Positions 13,476 through 25,385 of a DNA stretch of 64,000 nucleotides are shown here, piece after piece. The notes beneath the pieces are model-generated. The model was not told the DNA's origin. It was given only the letters and a program-made list of their open reading frames with translations, and searched no databases. The translations under genes and the position numbers were made by a program. Numbering within the stretch: the first letter of the stretch is position 1; each line of letters begins with the position of its first letter. The stretch is from positions 9,890,485-9,954,484 of the forward strand of contig NC_134027.1 in the NCBI RefSeq assembly GCF_964204645.1, in the 5' to 3' direction. Origin of the DNA: Tubulanus polymorphus (Eukaryota; Animalia; Nemertea).

Positions 13476-13734
13476 TAGTCAAAACTTTCAACTGTTTACC
13501 TTCGAGTCAAAACTCATCTCACAACTGTGGAAATGGATCCTGAACGTTTTTCACTTTTCTAAGACTCGAAAGCTGATAAACTCCTTGGCTCACTTTTTCC
13601 ATCATCGTTCTCAATCCCCTTACGTTTTTGAATCCGTACACATGCCAGCCATATATAAGCGGCACGTTTAACAAAAATCGACGATATTCGATAAGACGTC
13701 TGTAGAGCAGGAATTGAAAACCAAACTTTTCTTT

Positions 13735-13768
13735 GTAGATTATATATATGTAGATTATATATATATAG

Positions 13769-13840
<72 letters not shown>
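13735..13840. repeat. (TA)n microsatellite with three TAGAT-interrupted units
   Basis: Directly visible. Confidence 0.95.
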
Positions 13841-13842
<2 letters not shown>

Positions 13843-14289
13843 CTAGTCAAAGAGATACAAAAATAGGAAAAGATATGTTTGTTTCTGATTTTGCGTTTTT
13901 ATCGAAGCGTCTAGATACGCAGCGCGCTTTTATCGTCGTATTTTTAGCTCGACGACGAATCTTCATCGATTCGTTTCCGCCCGTGCCATTTAGAAACTGA
14001 GAATCGATTCAAGTTTTTGTTCTACACGGGGGTAAAATTCACGAGCAGAATAGAAGGAGCGCCGCGACTACTAAACTTACATTGAATTCCGTACTTGATC
14101 GGAGAGAGAGAGCGCAGTGTCGTGCAAGCGACCAGATACTAGATTAGTATTGGATTCGTCGTTTCAAAAATCGATCAACTTCTAATAATACTCCGCAATA
14201 CGCTATACTTCTTCCGACAATAGAGATACAATTTCAGCAGCTCTGATATAATCTGCTTGTTTAAACGCAGAATTCGACGATGCATCATA

Positions 14290-14412
14290 TTTATGGTCAC
14301 CGCGCCTTTGCCTCAGCAGCTCCGATCTTACGGAATGCTTTACCTTTCAGAATAAGATCCTACACTGATATAGTTTACTTTTAAAACTGAGCTGTAAACA
14401 TTTCTCTCTAGG
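14290..14412 (+). mobile_element. CR1/L2-type LINE 3' relic
   Basis: Translates as YGHRAFASAAPILRNALPFRIRS, matching the G.RAF...AP.LWN.LP..IR end of L2/CR1 ORF2. Confidence 0.6.
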
Positions 14413-15391
14413 CAATATCTTACTTGAATGTTTTAATTTGTTTTTAAGGCTAATATATTAGAAAACTGCGCTGAAATGTATACAGAGCGCGGTATATGAG
14501 AAATAAATATTAGTATTATTATTATCGAAACCTCGGATAGCTCAATAGCACATGGAGAAAAAGTTATTAGGCTTTTTTTCTAGCTGCGAAATTAATCCTT
14601 CACGAAGTCAAAGCAGATTGAATGCGCCAATAGTTTTCTTAATGGGTTACATAGTCATACTTGCACCTTGCTGCAATCAACAAAACAGGCAATTCTATAG
14701 GCTAATTTGCCCATTAAACCAAATAAGATCGCAATTTCTGAAATAATATGGTGAACAACAGATCGATACCTTGTAACTCGTCCTTTTCAATTCTAATCTG
14801 ATAATCTTCGTAGCATATTAAACAGGGGCTACTTCAATCATATCATTCCGGGTACCATAAAATTCGTTCAAAACTTCGTCATCAGTTCGATACCTTCAAA
14901 ACTTACTATCCCGATATATTTGTCAACACGGAAAATGCATTAAAATTTTTTTCTACCATTGATCACATTTATTTTTCCGGGAGTATACACTTTTCATAGA
15001 TATGTGCGTTCGCCGCCGGTTAACGCTTTCTATCTCGTTCCGACGATGGACCATGTGCTGCTGCGCGCATCATCTCAGCAACATAAACTATGCGTATCTT
15101 TCAATATTAGATTAATGTAGCGGTAATAGCTAATTAATATTTGGCCATCTGTTCGATGTTTAACTAAATACCACTTAACTGCTGGATCGCTCAAATCGTA
15201 TTCTCCGAGGAGAGAGAAAGTTAAATTCTTAATTTAGGTATACATTTTGACGTGAAATTGAGGGCCCATTTCAAAGGCAAGTTTTTGATGAGTTACGTAT
15301 CGATGTATCAACGGATGAATCCAGATTTCGAATTGAAAATCGAAATTGAGAATGATTTCGATACTACTAGATGGAATACTAATCATCTTTG

Positions 15392-15670
15392 ACCCGGAAG
15401 AACTGTCCACACGGGTGCCCGGGCCGGTGCCTGTTTGACCCGACCAATAATATTGGACCAGGCCCGAGCCAAATGCATGGATCGTATTATTGTGTGCGAA
15501 TTGCTACTGGTTCCAGAAGTGATTGTCTTTACTTTGTCTAAGCATTGTTTAGTAGCGAGTGAATGGTTTACGTGTGAACGCGCTCTCTAATTAGGCACGG
15601 GCCAAATTTGACTCGGGCCTGATCGGTGCCAATTTTGCCCAGGCCAAATCATCTCTGTGTGATCGCGGCT
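15392..15670 (+). mobile_element. MITE family A copy, 5'-truncated
   Basis: Shared core and right TIR GTGTGATCGCGGCT followed by TA. Confidence 0.8.
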
Positions 15671-18600
15671 TATGCCAATTCAACAAAAATTGAGTTTGTC
15701 AGGGCTTTTTCGACACAGGCTTAGGGTTAAAATCGCGTTGACACCAATACGTCGAACATAGTACCCGGAACTGCAAAAGTGTATCATATATAGCGAACCG
15801 AATGGATTTTCAATGCAGTGTTGATTCGACTGAATTTCAATTATTGGCGAAATGGACGGACTTAGATGGACGCGCGCGTACATTAATGTACCACAGAACT
15901 TTCCAATCGCAGATAATCAATGAAAGTAGACACATACGTGTGTGTGTGCGCGCGCGTTAACTTCAATTCGATATTTCTGATCCCGCGAAGCCAAGCTCCG
16001 CCGAGAACAACGCGACGACCGATGTCTACGTAACGTAATTCAACACAGTCCCATACTCATTAGACACGTCGCTAATAGTTCAAGCCCGCGAACATATACA
16101 ATTATATCAATTTAATCGCTGATCGGTTAATTCGATGTCGTCACCGCTGACCGCCCTGAACATCCCATCGCCCGCCCCGCCGAGTACTGGCAGAATTCTG
16201 TAATTTGCCATTACATCCAAACATCAATTTCAATGGACAAAGCTATATTTTATAAACCAATGGCTTTCTGGCGTAAGGTTGAATATGCTAATTTCATCAA
16301 AAAATGAGTTGAGTATACCATCAAAATCGCCGTCTTCTTGTATCATTTTTGCAAATTTGGTATGGATCAGATAGCTAATTACTTTATTACTCAAGCTTAT
16401 TAGTTACTAATTATTGCTGAATACGATTTTCCCCCTTTTTTCTTTTGGCAAACCGCTGAATACCATATATGGGCATACATAACCATAAGATCATTGCATG
16501 GTGAACCGTCCAATATGGTCACTCCATCTCAAATGGTTTTACTGGAGGACCCTGTCGAATATGGCAACTACTTTTTTCCACCATTTTTGGTATTTGCTTG
16601 TTCGACACGCTAATAAGAAACCTAAATCAGCTTACTGTAACTTCATTCCAAGATAAATGAATCTGATAACTGAAAGCGACAAAATAGTTCAAAATTTCAA
16701 ATTGATTTTTCTCAGCTTCAACGCAAGTGCATTTATGACCGTCCACCAGAAAGCCAATGCAATGACCTTTGATGTAAGACCTAAGCATAAGCCACCAAGA
16801 ATTTAGAATAATTTTCACTCTGGCTGGATACAGTTGAAAATACAATCCTAATCGAAATTCTGGGCAGCACTGTTCTAAAAAAAAGAGAGTTTAAAACCAG
16901 CTTGGAGCACATGAAATGAAATATGATTAGTTGCCAGTGACAACCTTTTAATTTTCTCACTGACTGCGGCAATATTTCCATTTCAAGGCACCAATTTTTC
17001 TTTAACCAACCAAGCCTCGGGCGCGAGGCAGATTTTCTAAGTACGACTCCTAGTTAGGCCAGTCCTCTAATGCGCACAAAGCATCGAAGAGAATGCGACG
17101 TGGCTTAAATTTGACGATGCCTTTATTATCGTCTTCATTTGGCAGCGAATGGGGAATTAACTTAATCTACTCACAGAGCTAAATGTGCGTATTAACTTTT
17201 CCAGGCCAGGGCTTGTTGCACTGCCGTGTGAAATTGCCGAAACGGGCAACCAGGTACTGTCAGGCGGTGGGGTACCCAATCTCCCACGCAATCGAATCTT
17301 GATTTTCATCTTCCAATGAGCAACCATAAAAGAAACAATGGTCACTAATCGGATCAGTCTTTGCCGTATCATGACACATATATATCCATACGAATGACTG
17401 ATCCGTAATATAAAGCCGTGCGGAAATCTAACCGTGAGAATTATCTGTACTATAAGGCTTGAGGTAGTATTGATGGATCGAACAGTAGTCGAGGCGAATC
17501 AACATCCCGACAAAAATCAGTTTGAGCTGTATCTAGTTATTTGGCTGGCCGTCGGGTTCAGTAGGATCAGGTTGCGGTGGCAATCACTTTGACAGTTGAG
17601 CCAGATTAGGGGATATAGCATGGCCAATTGTTGAATGCTGAGCTTTTAGGGATAGTGATGCCAGGGGCAGGATACTCAAAAAAAGGGTTAGAGAACCAGT
17701 AAGTTGTTGAAATAGTGAGTCAAAAGTTCATTGTTACCATGCTAATAATAGCATTATCTAGGGTCCTAACCCCCAAAATGTTTTGAAAATTTGTTCTTTG
17801 GTGCAATTTCGAAGCATTGATGTAATGAAAAAGGGGCACAAAATTTTTGTGCCCATGGGGCTACCATTTGAAGTGCTACTGTTTGAATCGTAGCCCTGTA
17901 CCTGTATCCCTGTGCCTTCTTTTTATACAAAGATGTGAAAGATAATAATTGATTTCGAAAGCTATCCTATTGAAGATATTGTCGATAGCACTATCATATT
18001 AAGTATAACTAGGGCTTAAAAAGCGATAGTTGTAAAAATTGACATCGCCGCGAGGGTTCGCTCGAATTTCACACACATATTATATACGCCCATGATTGTG
18101 GCGGGGAGGAGGGGGAACCTGACAAAAGAATTTTCTCGATTTTCTCGACGTGGCTAAACAAAATAGATGCCAGCGCAAAACAAGTCGTCGCCGTGGGGGA
18201 AAATAAATAAATTGAAAATCAATTGGTTTGTATGATATAAGAGGGAAAGACGCAAATACATCAACGTATGCGTATCCTGTGATGTAACATTAATGTTACA
18301 TTGTTCGTAAAATTGAGAACAGGCAGGTCGGTTTGCCCGGGTTTGCCATTAGGTTTGCCAATAAGTTCGAATATTCGCTGTAGACTGAAATTTGGGATTT
18401 CGTGACAGCAAACATCGTGACGAGGTCAGACCTAGTCCAAGTAAAACCGGGCTGTATGCGATGATGTCATCGTTGTCAGCGTGAGGTTAAATCAATTAAT
18501 GGTCAGTCGTGAAAAAACGGCGGGTTATATTAGTGACGAGCGCAATAGCGGGTTCCCGAAGATGAAAAGCGTACCAAACATTCTTCTAGCTGGCATTCCG

Positions 18601-20924
18601 ACAATAACCGATTTTTAGTGTTATTTCCACGATAATATGTATATAGGGTATTTAGATGGAGGTATATTCGACCATTGTTTTCGTATAGACTGCACAACAC
18701 ATCTGTCAAAAAGCTACACTCCCTCTACCTGCCACAGTACCCTTGTAAATAAAACACGCAACGAAGAACATGTAACATTTATTCGTTCTTTACAATCATT
18801 GAAGCTGTGCACATTTTGCACTTACACGTAGTCAATAAAGCCGCGTTAAGATAATCTTGATAATCTTGCAGTCGAGCTTATCCTTGATTTACGACGCCAG
18901 TAAGGTTTTTTATAGGGCGTAATACTGACGTGTCATTGCCGAATGGAACAAAAAAAGTAAAGAAAATTCACCTTCGGTAACCGAATTCTAGTTTACTCGC
19001 ATAATTTGCAGTTGAAGAAATAACCTTGAGACCAAGAAGCTTGTGTTAATGAATACTGTCTACACTGATAATCACGGTAGTTGCAGAGAGCCTATAAGCA
19101 TCCTAAGACTTGGAGGAAATTAGAATTAAATGTTCTGGACTGTCCAATTTCACCCCTTGAATCTATTCAACCCAACTGAAGGCCGAACATCGCAGAATCG
19201 ATGATTAACATCGCGGTGTTTGCCTTCAGACAATCCTGACCAAAAAATAGCTTTTTCTAAATCAATCTACTCAAAACATGACAACACGAAAAACGAGGGC
19301 AGAACGAGATTAATTTGATCTAAAGTATTTTCAGAAGCCTGAGAAGATCCCTGAAAGCTTCAGGTATGTTTTGCAATATCATGTATGTTTCCGATGCATT
19401 AAGCTATTTTTAAGGGGCATCTTATCTCCATGTATATATTTTTGTATTTATGTTACGGCACCCGGAATGAAAGGTACACGTAACACAAGAAGCCATGTAG
19501 ATAGTGTTTTGGTTGATTAAATGGGTTATAATCAGAATCAAGACAGTTTAGAGACTCATAATCATTCTAAAGCGCGAGAATGGACACAGGCAAGCTTCAT
19601 TTCACTGTTATCAATTATTAATTTTTGTAATTAGGTTTTTGCCCATACGGCAGAAAACCCATAGTTATTCCCTCTATTAGTATCATCATTACCCTTTTCC
19701 CCTCTATTTACTGAAAGTGTATCACTAAATGTACTTTACTGTTCTTTTCTCATCATATTCAGACATGAATTATCTAACTATACTGCAAATACTGAGTTTT
19801 TAAGAATCATTGCCTTTGTTGCGTCTGGCGTTAAACATAGTATATTTATCCCCACTGAATAGACCTCAATGTTTATCTATCTTCGTCGACTTTTCGGGGG
19901 AATCTACCGCAAGTTTCATATCGCTATTGTAACCAATTCAAAGTGTAAATTCAATTTATTCCGCAAGTTTGACACATCCCAGCGTTATTATACAATAATA
20001 CAAGCAGCAATATTTTATTTCACAAACAGCGCAATTCACAGGATATCAACAGCCGTGAATGAATTACCTTCATTTCTCAAATTTTTCATAATTTATGACG
20101 ATCATTGCCTTATCAACATCTGTGTGAATCCCCACGTGTTTCTTATCGCAATCAATAGATGGCAGCACAAAACTTCGAGTTGGCTGTTGTATCTCATTTC
20201 GTCGGTTGATGAAATGATGCTACTGATGAAATGTCGAAACGAACTAGGAGTGACTTTCACCCATTTTGAAAGCGCCGTCGTATTTATCCGAGCAAAAAAT
20301 TTTCATTCACATATCAGTCCCGACTGATGCAGAAAACTGAAACCTGACTGCAGTGAACTGATATAAATCTCAGTATAGAGTTAACGAATAAAAATTTCAT
20401 TCGTAAACTGAAACCTGTCTCGGCAAAATCCAGCAGCGGGTTTTTTTTTCGGCGTCTACTGGTACGTGGCACCACCGAAAAATCAACCGTATGTCGTTTC
20501 AACTTTATCGAACGTATCTTAAATTCAATTTTTTTCGCCCCAGTTCCATCAATTTAACGCAGTTCCATGCATTAAATAGCTAGATGTACTGTAACCTGTA
20601 AACCCATCATCAGAATGAATAGGGTACTTCTGAGATATACCCTGATTATTATTGGTACATGCCATGACCGCTAGGTGACAGCATTGCCCTAGGCAAGGAT
20701 CATAAAGCATTCGTATGAATGTCACAAGATGCAGCAAGACCTGTTATAGCCAATTTTCAGCTATATTTTAGTCAGTTATTCATCGGCAATTTTCCCAGAT
20801 TTTATGGTTGTTTTAGAGGCAGGTTCCTCGTACGATTGAAACTGCTCGATAACAATCCATTAAACACACAATCAACAGAGTTGAATTAATTATAATTTCG
20901 ACAGAGTTTTTCTTAACGAAAACA

Positions 20925-21700
20925 TATCTAAAATTGCAAACCCTTTATATAGATCGAACGTGGACCTTGGAAGGAAGTCTTCTAATGAAGTGTAGAGGCC
21001 ATGGTTTGATTACACCGATCACTTGTTTCTCCATTTGTTGTTACTACAAATGAGTCAATAATCAAGGTATGGCTAAAAATGACTTACAACAAGTAACTAA
21101 CTGTACGAGCCTACGTGGAATCTCACCAGGTATAATTACTAAGAAAATGAGTGTTCATGTTAACTTGCTGGTGGTGGTGGTAGTCAACAAAAGTTCACCA
21201 CTTCACCAAAACATGTAACACATAAATGCTCCCATTAAAGAAAGGTACGTAATTACCTTGAACACTAAACAGTACATATAATCAGCATCGCGACATGGTG
21301 GGTTGAATTCAGGCTACCTTACGTTACTCATGGGTAATGCCAATTAACAGACATAAATCTAGATAATGAAAACTTTTTCACTTCTCCTGAAGTACAGGAA
21401 AAACTGAATGCCTAGTGAAAGAAAACCTGAAACCAGAAACAGAGCCTCTTTGCCAAATGCCAAAACTAAGTCCATGACATGATTTGGATAACCCATGGAT
21501 ACAACCAAAACGTGGCATCACACCACATCACACCATTATGTTGAAGAAGGATGAACCGCTGGTGGACCTTATAAAAAGTAGCTATCTTGTTACAGAATAG
21601 ATTTTAACTGCCGGTACCTATAAAATCTGAAGACATCTTAAAACTGACCAAGTCACCGATATGGTAACGCACGTTTCTTTTTCAAGAAGATACACAACAC
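20925..21700 (+). pseudogene. Decayed Crypton/DUF3504-like tyrosine-recombinase relic
   Basis: Frameshifted fragments in the expected order: LQTLY...EGSLLMK, WFDYTDH, KY.EKLN, PETEPLCQMPK, NPW, LTAG..IKSEDILKLT.HR. Recognised by eye only. Confidence 0.35.
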
Positions 21701-23143
21701 TAGGAAATGCCACAAAGGACACCATAAGATTGAGGCCTCACCGTGAAAAAGGTACCGATTCATCATGAATGATGATGGGCAACAACATCGCAGCATTCTT
21801 TCATGAGGCTAATAAGTTTCCGCATACACACGAATGATGCTCAACTGACATGATTTTGTTCAATATTTCGACATATGTAAATACGATACTCTATGAAACC
21901 GGAGAGCGCGTGCATGTAGCATCGTACGTTCACTTGCATTCGCTGAATTTTCTGCAGGCGCAAACACACGCGCGCGCACGTTGTGGAAATACTTTGTCGG
22001 ATTTTTAGACAGACGTTATTCCCCCGTGGCGTTTTTCATGATCGCGCTCCTATTTCGCCAACCGCATACGTGTCACCGTGTGATTTTTACGACAGACGCG
22101 GATTGATACCGGGTGACGTTCTGGTTGTCCTCGATTCAGGGCAGTTTTTTCTACGGATAATATCGAAACGTCTTATTGATCTTTGTCATAGAACAAGACG
22201 ATCGAGGGACCGTTTAAAAATAATCGTATCGGTAATCGATTACCGGTAAGTAAACAATCGAGATAGAAAACGTGTTGGACTTATTTTCTCCGTTAACTAT
22301 GCCGACAGCAAACAAAAAATGGTTAGTCATTATCATTGACATTCAACTCAAGTAAGGTAATTGAATTTCAGGTCTTCTTGGTTTCTGAGTGAATTGCTTC
22401 GAACTGGACCCAACCCTATTTAGTTCATGAATTACCATCAGTGTTCTAAAAAAAAGGTCATTTGTTAACCGAAAAAAAATGGCTACAGTTTACCTCGCAT
22501 AATTTTGACTGGCAAAATCGGTACGAGATAAGCGAAGTCCAATTAAGATAGGAAAATCAGAAAAATGATTGTTTTTATCCAAGTTGATTAAGGTCGGAAT
22601 TGGCCGTATCCGAGTAAAGCAACGTTTACTGTATTTTGAATATTATTCATGTCTGAGTGTAACTTGACATCAGAAATATAGCCTGTACTAAAATGACCCA
22701 AAAACAGCTGACAATCAACTAACTGCCTTTCAGAACTAAACGAAAAGAAACTTGAAGAAACTGAAAAACAAGAAATTGTCCAGGCCGGCAAGGGTACGAA
22801 ATAACCTACGACATATTGAAATTAATAACGAATAATAATAATAAAGTTTTTGTAGCGTGATAATTCCAGGCAAAAAGAACAAGTTCAAACTAAAGTTCAA
22901 ATGCGCTCAGGAGTTCACCAGCTTTTACCATTGCCATTTACTGTGGTCGAGCCAATTAGATCGATGGTAGGTTTGATACAACTGGTCTACGAAGCCAGTC
23001 CCTGGTGATCTATTGCTATTGCACTGACGATTATTTTTCAAACGTAGACCATTATCATCTAAGCCGTGCATCTTTGATCGACCGACGGATTTTGCTCCTC
23101 ATTAACTGTAACGAAATCAATACGAAGCGCCGTAACTGCTTAC

Positions 23144-23184
23144 CTGGTATAGACAAAAAGAGTGCCTTCGATATCCGTCTTTTC
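23144..23184 (-). CDS. DCP1: Dcp1 exon 2 (EKTDIEGTLFVYTR)
   Basis: 41-nt exon between TTTCAG and GTAAGC. The peptide is nearly identical to the DCP1 EKTDIEGTLFVY motif. Phases 0/2 fit the neighbouring exons. Confidence 0.96.
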
Positions 23185-25223
23185 CTGAAAAACATCAATA
23201 ACTAATAATATTAGTGATAATGAACGAAGAAAGTTTACATACGTGTTTGACGCGCGAGACGTCTTTTCAAGACTAAAGGATGAATTTTCTATCAATCGGT
23301 CTTTCATTCCATCGAAAAGATTCATCAATTATAGTGTTTTATTTCATCGTAGGAATCATAGTCTACGTAGAGTTGGTAATGAGCAAAATATGTGATACAA
23401 CTCTTGAGTCGACCATGAATTGGAAAAATTTACATTTCTTCCCCTTTTAGCTTTGTTGTTCCTCATAGGGAAAAATTCGGTCTTCACAGCAGGATTTTCA
23501 CCCACCTTGCAACGTGTTGCTTGAAACGTTTTGAATTAAAAACCTTTTCGCATATCTGGTCGAATCATTAGGCGCGTTGCCACCCAATCCACCCTTAAGA
23601 TGGATAAAGAAACCCATTTAATTGAAAATGTTTTCGAAACTTTTTTCTTTAGTAATAATTCATCATTGTGAGATTCTACACATTAGGCCTATAGGCAATT
23701 GCTTATTTCTAGTCACAGCGAGGAACTAAGTGCTACCCGAGTACGTACATTGCACTTCAGTTCTGCCACCTTGTGGTAAAACAAATAAACAGAGACATGT
23801 ATTGACAATGACGATTAAGTACTAAAATCAGAAAAGCAGAAAGTGGGCCTGCTTACATTGGTCAGGTTATTCGGTCTTTTGGCCGTATTTACTATACGAT
23901 ACTAGTGTTCTAATAATCCATGTAACACAATCACATGTGATGAAAATGAACTCGAAGTTGAATCGGATTCAAATGAGTTGTCAAAATTTCTACTTAAAAG
24001 TAGAAACAAATATTTGACCACACCCTAGTGGTCATTATCAGGTATAGATCATTGACCCTTAATCAAAATGTGCCAATGACCATCCAACCACCAGCTCATT
24101 ACCTCCCCTCAGTACAGCTATCAATGCATATTATACCTAGACCCCCCTTTAACTGAGTGATCAAAGTTTTTAAACACCGAAATAATGTCAGGATGATTGG
24201 ACGAATGGTTAAAAAAAGCAAGACTACAGACGAATATGATAAAATTTGCTGCCATTAAAGGTGTCTCTGTGTCAAAGCTCAAAATCGTTAGTTCTACAGA
24301 AGTCAATTACAGACATTTTCAGTTCAATTCCATTCAAATCACCAAATAATCAGAATGTCACCCACGGGCTGCCATACTGTTTCAGTAAAATATGTAAGAG
24401 GGGATTCTGTACATCGAACAGGATAAAACACATGGCCGAATTCATAAAGAGGTGATCCACGTACAAATGAGCTACCCATAGGTGTATGTTTTCAAGATTC
24501 TAACTTTGACAGGGCAAAATTAAGCCTATTTGACTGTTGTCAATTTTCTTAGATTTTTAGTACGTGGTAAGTTTAGATAAACAATTGTTCCACATTCAAA
24601 TTTTGCAACTTCCGGTCGAGGATCTGATGTGATAGCTTCGCCTAATAATCGTTTTAATTTTTGGGCTAGGCGATTATTGTTTATTGAATCCTGTGCTGAG
24701 CAGAAATATATATCGACAGTGTCAAATAGGCCTTAATGTCGGAGATAGGGGGATCAGGGTATATACATCGCTAGCTGTATAACCATTAACTTATTCCCAA
24801 ATTGTACAAACTCGTTTTTGTGTAAACTCTATTTTGACAGAGCTATTGCACCACTCTGATTCTGTCTGAGTCAAGACTTGGTGCATTTGGAATATACTCT
24901 CATTCAAAGACTTAGAGGAGTCCTAGGTAGAGACAAGACATTCCACACATTGGGATGAAGAATGGAAGCAAGAATCTGTATTCGTGTGACGTGTATCAAT
25001 AAGCTGCTACTTTCAAAATTGATATCAAACGGCAATTTTGGGAATCATTCCATTGATGATCATTTACTTAAATCGATTATCACTTTATATTTCTGCGTGT
25101 TAAAATGATACCGTTCCGCGTTGCACATCGTTGAAACGATAACAGTAGTACGGTAGTGCTGCTCCAGAGCGGAATACACACAGACTACTCGTCTACTCAA
25201 CTAAAATGTAAAATACGGCTTAC

Positions 25224-25385
25224 CCATTCGCTCTGTTTTGGATTGAACAAATACAGCGCTACTTGACTAGCCGTGTCGACTATATCTGTTATGTATGGGT
25301 CTCTCTGTTGCAGTGCGCCGAGGTTTATGCGACCCTCAGCCGCGGGTTCGGGATTCAGCAGTTCCTCAGGAAGCATCGCCGCCAT
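25224..25385 (-). CDS. DCP1: Dcp1 mRNA-decapping activator, coding exon 1 (MAAMLPEE...NLGALQQRDPYITDIVDTASQVALYLFNPKQSEW)
   Basis: Translation matches the EVH1-domain N-terminus of DCP1A/B (L.AL...DPYI..I.D...QVALY.F......W). ATG in AAAATGG context. Ends at a TGG|GTAAGC donor, phase 0. Confidence 0.95.

Noticed and set aside
20223-20245. CTGATGA...GAAAC hammerhead-like spacing
   Set aside because: No stem II or flanking stems can form; likely chance.
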